Shown: positions 24,376 to 30,061 of the stretch, one piece after another
How positions within the stretch are numbered: position 1 is the first letter of the stretch
How the letters are laid out: every line of letters starts with the position of its first letter
IMG/VR virus record: IMGVR_UViG_2675903378_000003
Location: 1-30,061 of that record
Origin: a virus
Strand: one strand, 5' to 3'
Length of the DNA stretch: 30,061 bases
Position numbers and translations under genes: made by a program
The notes under the pieces: model-generated
Told to the model about the DNA's origin: nothing
The model's input: the letters and a program-made list of their open reading frames with translations, nothing else
Database searches by the model: none

Positions 24376-24997
24376 AAGCATCATCGGGCTTCGGGTGGGC
24401 AAGGTGGTTGTTGAAGCATTCTCCCACTGCGCCGGCAAGGCTTCCCATTGGGTTTGCCGTTGCGACTGCGGTAACCGAGTCATTATGCGCCGAGGAAATC
24501 TGATGAGAAACCGAACTACGACCAGTTGCGGTTGCTCTCGGTTTTCTCACGGGATGACCGGAACTCCAACGTACAGCTCATGGAGCAACATGATTGATCG
24601 CTGTACGAATCCCTCTAACAAGCGATATGTCGACTACCAAGGCAGAGGAATCACTGTTTGTGAAAGGTGGATGACGTTCGCCAACTTCCTGGCTGATATG
24701 GGCGAAAGGCCAGACGCCACCTCCCTTGATCGAATTGACAACGACGCAGGTTACTTCAAGGAAAACTGCCGCTGGGCAACTGCCTTAGAACAGATGAATA
24801 ACACTAGAAGAAACACCTTCGTTGAGTATCTAGGTAGGCGGCAAACAGTTTCTCAGTGGGCAGGCCAGCTTGGTATTCCCGAATGCACTCTGCGCAGCCG
24901 GCTAAATCGTGGTTGGTCGATTGAAGATGCAATGCAGAAGCCTATCAGCAAGCAGCGCCGGGAGTGCAAGCAGAAGAAGGGAAAGCGCCGTGGCTGA
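24365..24997 (+). CDS. HNH-like nuclease-associated protein (homing-endonuclease-like), paralog of 16563-17162
   Basis: ATG 24365 after GGAGG. N-terminal Cys cluster CRCDCG...CGC. Motifs SLDRIDNDAGYFKENCRWATALEQMNN (HNH_3-like) and C-terminal HTH-like TVSQWAGQLGIPECTLRSRLNRGW. AT-richer than its surroundings. Confidence 0.7.
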   Translation: MDAESIIGLRVGKVVVEAFSHCAGKASHWVCRCDCGNRVIMRRGNLMRNRTTTSCGCSRFSHGMTGTPTYSSWSNMIDRCTNPSNKRYVDYQGRGITVCERWMTFANFLADMGERPDATSLDRIDNDAGYFKENCRWATALEQMNNTRRNTFVEYLGRRQTVSQWAGQLGIPECTLRSRLNRGWSIEDAMQKPISKQRRECKQKKGKRRG

Positions 24998-25577
24998 ACT
25001 CGCTCTCATCCGCACAGCCCAGGGCCTGGTCCCGGCGACCGAGGCAGATCGCGAAACCGTTCAGAAGTGGAAGGCCGGTCAGGTCGTCCATGGAAAATTC
25101 ACTCGGATGCGCAACGCCAAATTCCACGGGAAGTTCTTTGCGATGCTGGATTTGGCGTGGGAGTACTGGGAGCCGAAGGGCGGGCTGGTGCCCCGCCAGG
25201 AGATGCGTGGTATCCGCGGGCTTGCCAAGTACTTCGAGGATCTGAATGGCCGCCCTGGCCAGTTGCAGAACGCCGTCGCTGCGTATATCGCCAAGCTTGA
25301 GGCTGATCGCGCCGACCGCTTCCCCGCAGTCGAGAAGAGCCGCGAGGCTTTCCGGGAGTGGATAACCATCGAGGCCGGTCACTTCCACCTGATCCATACC
25401 CCGGATGGGGTTCGTAAGGAAGCCAAATCGATCAGTTGGGCCAGCATGGACGACTCGGCTTTTGAGCCCCTCTACCGGGATGTGTTCGCGGCCTGCTGGC
25501 GGCTGGTCCTTTCCTCTCACTTCGAAACCGAGGCTGACGCCATGGCGGCGGCTGATCAGATGGGGACTTTCGCATGA
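24990..25577 (+). CDS. DUF1367-like nin-region protein
   Basis: GTG 24990. KFTRMRNAKFHGKFFAMLDLAWEYWEP...EAGHFHLIHTPDG...ASMDDSAFEPLYRDV follows the DUF1367 pattern as I recall it from enterobacterial lambdoid phages. Confidence 0.65.
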   Translation: MAELALIRTAQGLVPATEADRETVQKWKAGQVVHGKFTRMRNAKFHGKFFAMLDLAWEYWEPKGGLVPRQEMRGIRGLAKYFEDLNGRPGQLQNAVAAYIAKLEADRADRFPAVEKSREAFREWITIEAGHFHLIHTPDGVRKEAKSISWASMDDSAFEPLYRDVFAACWRLVLSSHFETEADAMAAADQMGTFA

Positions 25578-25837
25578 GCAAGTTCAAGGCGGGCGACCTC
25601 GCTCTAAATCTGCAAGAAATCCCAAACTGCATCAGCGCTGGAGTGGTAGTCGAGTTGATATCTCGACTTTCCCCGGGTGATCTATTTGTCGAAGACGGCC
25701 AGACCTTTCTGGTGAATCGGGCAGCCTGGTGGGTGCTCCATGAAGGTGATCGGCTCTACATCCCTGAACGGTATCTCATGCCCCTCCGCGGCGACTTCCA
25801 GCCCGAGCAGCAGAAGGCGAAGGAGGAAATCGTATGA
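25574..25837 (+). CDS. Hypothetical phage protein
   Basis: 87-aa ORF with ATGA overlaps. Confidence 0.6.
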   Translation: MSKFKAGDLALNLQEIPNCISAGVVVELISRLSPGDLFVEDGQTFLVNRAAWWVLHEGDRLYIPERYLMPLRGDFQPEQQKAKEEIV

Positions 25838-26043
25838 ATCCTCGCATTGGCGTTGCTCTGTGGGTTTTGGATCGCCATGAGTGGAACTGGAGGAAGCTGA
25901 ATGAGTACGCCTTCATCATGCGCAAGAAGCTGGCCGCGAAGGCCGTCGCACTGATCGCCCATGACCGCATCTTGACCGACGAAATCCTTACTCGCGGGCT
26001 TCCTTCCTACTGGGACAGAGAAGCGAAGGAGGTGAAGGCGTGA
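25834..26043 (+). CDS. Hypothetical phage protein
   Basis: 69-aa ORF with overlapping start and stop. Confidence 0.6.
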   Translation: MNPRIGVALWVLDRHEWNWRKLNEYAFIMRKKLAAKAVALIAHDRILTDEILTRGLPSYWDREAKEVKA

Positions 26044-26264
26044 ATACTTTTATTGGCATCTGCCTGGGCTTTTTCCTTTGCATGTTCTTGAACGCTGCCA
26101 TGCGCAACGAACGTGATAGCACCGATGCTCCTGGCGGACGCAGTGGAATGCGGCTGCACACTGACCACGCTACCGGCTTGCAGTATCTCAGTGTTCCAGG
26201 CGGGGGTATCACTCCGCGACTCGGGGTGGATGGGAAGCAAATGCGCGCGGATGGTGCCGAATGA
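26040..26264 (+). CDS. Hypothetical protein with N-terminal TM helix
   Basis: GTG 26040 after GAAGGAGG (GTGA overlap). Begins MNTFIGICLGFFLCMFLNAA. Confidence 0.5.
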   Translation: MNTFIGICLGFFLCMFLNAAMRNERDSTDAPGGRSGMRLHTDHATGLQYLSVPGGGITPRLGVDGKQMRADGAE

Positions 26265-26842
26265 CCCTTTCCGCCCGCCAGCCAAAACCCAAAAAGTGCC
26301 AGAACACCGAGTGCGGCGCCAAGTTCATCCCGCAGCGCCTTGGCCAGTGCGTGTGCTCTCCTGCCTGCGCCCTGGCCATCAAGGACAAGCACGCCAAGCC
26401 GGCACGGAAGGCCATCGCAGACCGCGAGCGGAGGGAGGTCAGGGTTCGGAAGGAGAAGTTGAAGAGTCGGTCGGATCACCTGCGCGAGGCTCAGCAGGTC
26501 TTCAACGAGTTCATCCGCCTACGCGACGCGGATCAGCCGTGCATCAGTTGTGGCCGCCACCACGATGGGCAGTATCACGCTGGGCACTACCGCACGGTTG
26601 CCGCCAGCCCCGAGCTGCGTTTCGAGCCGCTGAACGTCCACAAACAATGTGCCCCATGCAACAACCACAAGTCCGGCGACATAGTGAATTACCGAATCAA
26701 CTTGGTGCGCAAGATCGGCGCCGAGAAGGTCGAGTGGCTGGAAGGCCCTCATGATCCCCTGAAGCTGACCATCGACGAAATCAAAGCGCTTAAGGCCAAG
26801 TTCAGGGCCTGGGTGCGCGAACTGAAGAGGGCAACGGCATGA
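26261..26842 (+). CDS. ninG: NinG/Rap-family recombination endonuclease
   Basis: 193 aa. Cys clusters CQNTECG...CSPAC and CISCG...H...CAPCNNHKSG, plus the overall layout typical of lambda NinG. Confidence 0.85.
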   Translation: MTLSARQPKPKKCQNTECGAKFIPQRLGQCVCSPACALAIKDKHAKPARKAIADRERREVRVRKEKLKSRSDHLREAQQVFNEFIRLRDADQPCISCGRHHDGQYHAGHYRTVAASPELRFEPLNVHKQCAPCNNHKSGDIVNYRINLVRKIGAEKVEWLEGPHDPLKLTIDEIKALKAKFRAWVRELKRATA

Positions 26843-27174
26843 CCAAAGAAACTCTGACCATCGTTCTCTTCAGCATAGGGAGCGGTCTCATCGGTTATGC
26901 GATCGGTATTGCTGCCGCCTGGCTGGGAAACTGGTTCGCCGACGGTTATCACCCGCTGCTGCTGTCGAACATGGTCAGCACGCCAGGTGCTGAGGATGGT
27001 GAGCGCGCCAATGAATACCCCGATTATCTGGAGCCTCCGAGAGGCTGTTTCGGCATGTGCTGTGCCGGATGTGATGCTCGCTCGCAGGTCAACTCCAGGA
27101 GCAAAACAGTCAGCGAACAGACAGACCAATCTTACGTTTTAAACGCCGTGCTCAGCGCTCAAGGGGGCGAATGA
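26839..27174 (+). CDS. Hypothetical membrane protein
   Basis: 111 aa. N-terminal TM segment LTIVLFSIGSGLIGYAIGIAAAWLG. ATGA overlaps. Confidence 0.55.
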   Translation: MTKETLTIVLFSIGSGLIGYAIGIAAAWLGNWFADGYHPLLLSNMVSTPGAEDGERANEYPDYLEPPRGCFGMCCAGCDARSQVNSRSKTVSEQTDQSYVLNAVLSAQGGE

Positions 27175-27752
27175 TGATCTACACCAGCATTCTGTCTGCG
27201 GTCGTCTCCGCCCTGGCGGCGGAAACCATCGACAACACTGCTAAGCAAGCTTGGCAGAAGCTCTACCAGCCGGGTTACGCCGACAGTGAGGGGTTGGCAG
27301 GACTGATCAGGGCCTCTAACAGTTCGGGAATCAAGCGCATCGATGCCGATTGCTGGGTGCATGCCAGGCTACACAGCCAGCTCAAGCCTCGGCACTGGAA
27401 CGCATTGGTGGCCAAGTACAGTACTCACCGTGAGAAGAAGAAGGCTGCAATCGAGACCCTTATTCCCCTGGTCGCGACTCCAGCGCCACGCAGGTTCCTT
27501 GGGATGGCTGTCTATACCTGGGCTATCCCTAAGCTGAAGGGCGCAGATGGCAAGCGCTCAACCGACATGATTATTCTCGATGCCGTGTTCTACGACATGA
27601 ACAACTGGGAGTCTGAGGGTCGTCCAGAGCAGACCAGGCGCCGTTGGCGCTCTGGAATTCATAGCGTCCTGAATGAAATGCTCAAAGAGGCAGAGGTTGC
27701 GGCTGGTGAAATCCTGATGGCGGAAGGAATCATCTTCGGCGAAGCAGCATAG
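27171..27752 (+). CDS. Hypothetical protein; positional candidate for late-gene regulator (Q-like position)
   Basis: 193 aa. Last gene before the promoter/terminator pair and the late region. I recognise no sequence similarity to lambda, 82 or 21 Q, so the function is assigned from position only. Confidence 0.6.
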   Translation: MMIYTSILSAVVSALAAETIDNTAKQAWQKLYQPGYADSEGLAGLIRASNSSGIKRIDADCWVHARLHSQLKPRHWNALVAKYSTHREKKKAAIETLIPLVATPAPRRFLGMAVYTWAIPKLKGADGKRSTDMIILDAVFYDMNNWESEGRPEQTRRRWRSGIHSVLNEMLKEAEVAAGEILMAEGIIFGEAA

Positions 27753-27755
27753 GGC

Positions 27756-27784
27756 TTGCATTCAATGAGCGTTTGAGCGAATAT
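27756..27784 (+). promoter_or_regulatory. Candidate late promoter (PR'-like)
   Basis: TTGCAT (27756-27761), 17-nt spacer, GAATAT (27779-27784). Lies about 50 nt upstream of a strong intrinsic terminator. Confidence 0.35.
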
Positions 27785-27832
27785 TTCCCCATCCTGTCGA
27801 TCTTGCGCGTTGTGAGGATCGGTGGCTCTGAA

Positions 27833-27857
27833 GCCCTGGCATCTGCCGGGGCTTTTT
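27833..27857 (+). terminator. Rho-independent terminator (tR'-like)
   Basis: GCCCUGGCA-UC-UGCCGGGGC (9-bp stem including one G-U pair) followed by UUUUUCGUUU. Confidence 0.8.
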
Positions 27858-27885
27858 CGTTTCCAGCCCAATGCGGAGTTCTGAA

Positions 27886-27984
27886 ATGTCTGCCGAATCG
27901 AAAGATGTTTGGCTGCTCAAGGGAATCGGCGGTGGCGCGCTGGTCCTGCTGCTCCTGGTTGGAGCGGCAGTGGTACTGATCTGA
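27886..27984 (+). CDS. Small membrane peptide (32 aa), hand-called
   Basis: ATG 27886, 7 nt after GGAG. Sequence MSAESKDVWLLKGIGGGALVLLLLVGAAVVLI. Confidence 0.35.
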   Translation: MSAESKDVWLLKGIGGGALVLLLLVGAAVVLI

Positions 27985-28318
27985 ATCCTTCGGGTTGCGA
28001 CTACGCGGCCGGGATCGCCTTGGACACGCAGGCGTTAAAGTGAAGTGGGGGTCGGTGGAAGCCCGGCACGGAGTGAATGCGCAGGCTGATGCGCAAGGTT
28101 GCAGGGAGAACCCGTTAGGGAACTACCCGGTGAAAGGCCGGGTCGCTTGGCGGTTGTAGTACACACGCCCTGGGCTAACCGTAATGTCGGAGATCAGCGC
28201 CGGTCACTCCAAATCACGCATGCGGCAGAAGAAAGCAAGGGTCACCATTGGTGATCAAGGCGAAAGCCCCGGCTCCTTGCTCTGCGGGCGTGACGCCGGC
28301 TAGTCCGGCACCTATTCC
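27985..28318 (+). ncRNA. ORF-poor 334-nt hairpin-dense segment directly upstream of the tRNA cluster; candidate structured RNA
   Basis: No SD-preceded ORF. Hairpins at 28078-28095, 28126-28142, 28240-28256, 28256-28279 and 28295-28309. GAAA/GNRA-type loops are present. Same transcription unit as the tRNAs. Confidence 0.35.
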
Positions 28319-28395
<77 letters not shown>

Positions 28396-28406
28396 ACTCG
28401 ATTCAA

Positions 28407-28481
28407 TGACGTGTTGCTCAGAGGTAGAGCGGTCGGCTGTTACCCGATTGGTCGATGGTTCGATCCCATCAGCGTCAGCCA
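28407..28481 (+). tRNA. tRNA-Asn (anticodon GUU)
   Basis: Manual cloverleaf: acceptor UGACGUG/AGCGUCA (one G-U, one mismatch), D arm GCUC-AGAGGUA-GAGC, anticodon loop CU-GUU-AC, T arm GAUGG-UUCGAUC-CCAUC, encoded CCA. Confidence 0.85.
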
Positions 28482-28485
28482 ATAA

Positions 28486-28561
28486 GCCGGTATGGCGCAA
28501 CAGGGAGCGCTGCTGATTTGTAATCAGAGGGTTGCGGGTTCGACTCCTGCTGCCGGCACCA
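28486..28561 (+). tRNA. tRNA-Thr (anticodon UGU)
   Basis: Manual cloverleaf: acceptor GCCGGUA/UGCCGGC, D arm GCGC-AACAGGGA-GCGC, anticodon loop UU-UGU-AA, T arm GCGGG-UUCGACU-CCUGC, encoded CCA. Confidence 0.85.
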
Positions 28562-28570
28562 CACTACAAG

Positions 28571-28596
28571 GCCCAGGCAATGACCTGGGCTTTTCT
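28571..28596 (+). terminator. Rho-independent terminator immediately after the tRNA cluster
   Basis: GCCCAGG-CAAUGA-CCUGGGC followed by UUUUCU. Ends 18 nt before the holin-like gene. Confidence 0.75.
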
Positions 28597-28613
28597 GCAT
28601 CTGGAGTAAGCAA

Positions 28614-28946
28614 ATGGACCCGATGACGACCGTTGGCGGAGGTCTCTTCGCCAAGTACAGCGTCGCTATTGCCGGGTTCTGGGGGTCGATTCTGTCCCTT
28701 GGATTCCTGAGCGGCCTGAACCGCTGGCAAGCTGCGCTCGCTGTAGCAACCGGATTCGGGTGCTCAACCTATTGGACTGCTCCGGTTGCCGCATGGCTTT
28801 CGCGTGAGTACGAGATTCCGCTCGATGACGCATTTCTGAGTGGTGTCGCATTCACCATCGGTTTGCTGGCGATGAATATCATCCCCGGCCTGAAGGCGGC
28901 AGTAACGGCAATCACAGAGCGGTTCCTTCCTACGAGAGGAACCTGA
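28614..28946 (+). CDS. Holin-like membrane protein (three predicted TM segments)
   Basis: 110 aa. Hydrophobic segments AIAGFWGSILSLGFL, AALAVATGFGCSTYW and VAFTIGLLAMNIIPGL. GGAG SD. First late-region gene. Confidence 0.65.
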   Translation: MDPMTTVGGGLFAKYSVAIAGFWGSILSLGFLSGLNRWQAALAVATGFGCSTYWTAPVAAWLSREYEIPLDDAFLSGVAFTIGLLAMNIIPGLKAAVTAITERFLPTRGT

Positions 28947-28948
28947 TC

Positions 28949-29221
28949 ATGATCATGTCGATTCTGGCGGCGCTGGATGCGCTGCTGTGTGTGCTTGTCG
29001 TTGTAGCTGCTCTGGAGTTCCTGCGCACCGTCCAGTTGTCTGGGCAGCCGCTATTGGGTATCTCCTTCTACCTGGTGGCTGGTGGTGCATTCGGAATCCT
29101 GTACGGAATCATGAAGGGCGCACCGGTTAATCCATTTTCGGTGATCCTCCATGCTGGGCTCGTACTTTACGCCTGGTCCCGGCGCCGGCAGATATTCGGA
29201 AGCGACTGGTCGTGGAACTGA
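28949..29221 (+). CDS. Second small membrane protein (holin/antiholin-like, 3 TM)
   Basis: 90 aa, strongly hydrophobic. GAGAGGA SD. Confidence 0.6.
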   Translation: MIMSILAALDALLCVLVVVAALEFLRTVQLSGQPLLGISFYLVAGGAFGILYGIMKGAPVNPFSVILHAGLVLYAWSRRRQIFGSDWSWN

Positions 29222-29841
29222 AGCGACCTCACCCTCCAGAGACGATCGGGCAGTTCGCGGAAGGCGAAGACTGGGCGGACGCCTTTGTCCCCGCTCAGGA
29301 TGTTCTGGCTTGGGCGAAGTCAGTGTTAATCGATCCGAATGGAATCCTGGGCAATGAAGACCACGCCCACCTACAAGACGCTCCTCTCGCTTTCCTATGG
29401 GCCGCCTCCAGCTTCACCAAGCAGGGGAGGACGGTACTGGGTCAGTGCGAAGAGGTGACGTTCCGCTGTGGAGCCTGGCAGAAGGGAAGGCAGGAACAGC
29501 AGATGATCCGCTGGTTCGGATACCTGCCGAGGTTTCTGATCACCCTGGCTGCTGACTACTGCTCCCAGTGCTCCGACGCGGAGTTCTGCGCATTGGTCGA
29601 GCATGAGCTTTACCACATCTGCCAAGAGAACAACCAATACGGCGAGCCCAAGTTCACCGAGGAGGGCTTTCCAAAGCTGAAGCTCCGCGGGCATGACGTC
29701 GAGGAGTTCGTCGGCGTGGTGAGGCGATACGGCCCAAGCAAGGACGTGCAGCATCTCATCGACGCTGCTAGCAGGTCTCCAGAGGTGGCCAAAATCAACA
29801 TTTCGAGAGCCTGCGGTACGTGCCTGCTGAAGTCGGCATAG
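29212..29841 (+). CDS. Putative phage metallopeptidase (HExxH)
   Basis: 209 aa with the HELYH motif inside ALVEHELYHICQEN. GTG start overlaps the previous gene by 10 nt. Confidence 0.7.
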   Translation: MELKRPHPPETIGQFAEGEDWADAFVPAQDVLAWAKSVLIDPNGILGNEDHAHLQDAPLAFLWAASSFTKQGRTVLGQCEEVTFRCGAWQKGRQEQQMIRWFGYLPRFLITLAADYCSQCSDAEFCALVEHELYHICQENNQYGEPKFTEEGFPKLKLRGHDVEEFVGVVRRYGPSKDVQHLIDAASRSPEVAKINISRACGTCLLKSA

Positions 29842-29872
29842 CCACGACAGGCCCATGACAGGAAGAAAAACG

Positions 29873-30034
29873 ATGGCAACCCTGAACAGCGACGTGAAGG
29901 CGTTCATCGTTCAGGCGCTGGCCTGTTTCGATACGCCATCCCAGGTTGCGGAATCGGTCAAGAAGGAATTCGGCATCGAGGTCAGTCGGCAGCAGATCGA
30001 GTCGCACGACCCGAACAAGGTGTGCAGCAAGGGC
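29873..30034 (+). CDS. DUF2280-type terminase small-subunit-like protein, 3'-truncated by the contig end/adapter
   Basis: ATG 29873 after AGGAAG. MATLNSDVKAFIVQALACFDTPSQVAESVKKEFGIEVSRQQIESHDP matches my recollection of DUF2280 N-termini. The reading frame runs into adapter sequence. Confidence 0.6.
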
Positions 30035-30061
30035 CTCTTATACACATCTGACGCTGCCGAC
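30035..30061 (+). other. Illumina Nextera (Tn5 mosaic-end) adapter sequence; non-biological
   Basis: CTCTTATACACATCTGACGCTGCCGAC is the tail of the mosaic end (CTGTCTCTTATACACATCT) followed by GACGCTGCCGAC of the Nextera adapter. Confidence 0.9.

Noticed and set aside
27773-27979. 68-aa TTG-start ORF across the late promoter/terminator region
   Set aside because: It spans a strong intrinsic terminator, has no SD and shows an implausible composition. The 32-codon ATG ORF at 27886-27984, in a different frame, is the better candidate.
28118-28160. Cobalamin-riboswitch-like string GGGAA...CCGGTGAAAGGCCGG...GCGGTTGTAG
   Set aside because: The resemblance is partial. The conserved B12-box core (GCCACTG) is absent, and a cobalamin riboswitch makes no sense upstream of tRNAs.
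28184-28303. 39-codon ORF (MSEISAGHSKSRMRQKKARVTIGDQGESPGSLLCGRDAG) with ~71 percent GC3 inside the 334-nt segment
   Set aside because: No SD-like sequence precedes the ATG. High GC3 is common by chance here. I retain it as the main alternative explanation that would undermine the ncRNA hypothesis.
27985-28318. A fourth (Met) tRNA or tRNA pseudogene upstream of tRNA-Gly
   Set aside because: I found no T-loop (TTCGA/TTCAA) or CAT anticodon loop in a cloverleaf context by manual scanning. tRNAscan-SE should confirm this.
28524-28730. 68-aa minus-strand ORF
   Set aside because: It is antisense to tRNA-Thr, the terminator and the holin-like gene, with no translation signals.

Overview
About 28.4 kb of this 30,061-nt window is the integrase-proximal part of a lambdoid (D3-like, high-GC, Pseudomonas-type) prophage. 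It abuts one host gene, a YbiT-like ABC-F ATPase (1-1590, minus strand). Left to right the prophage carries: int and xis; a long leftward early operon of tightly coupled small genes with SSB, a YqaJ-type exonuclease and RecT; an immunity region (cI with a co-oriented lipoprotein moron, 14-bp palindromic operators at OL and OR, cro, cII); a replication module (O-like initiator with internal iterons, Toprim/DnaB-type primase-helicase); a nin-like region (TraR/DksA zinc finger, DUF1367-like, NinG); a positional late-regulator candidate; a promoter-plus-terminator pair; a 334-nt ORF-free region; three tRNAs (Gly-UCC, Asn-GUU, Thr-UGU); holin-like genes; an HExxH metallopeptidase; and the start of a DUF2280-type small terminase. 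Several nuclease-like selfish genes (HNH/AP2, T5orf172) interrupt the modules. Four observations stand out. (1) A 41-nt RNA element occurs twice in the leftward operon; all six differences between the copies preserve a 10-bp, GNRA-capped hairpin that is perfect only in the leftward transcript sense, making it a nut-like or translational-operator candidate. (2) The ORF-free, hairpin-dense region forms one terminator-bracketed unit with the tRNA cluster. (3) The prophage appears to have integrated into the extreme 5' end of the ABC-F gene and to supply its first codons. (4) The last 27 nt of the window are Illumina Nextera adapter, so the right end is an assembly artifact. All protein family names come from motif recognition by eye; no database search was run.
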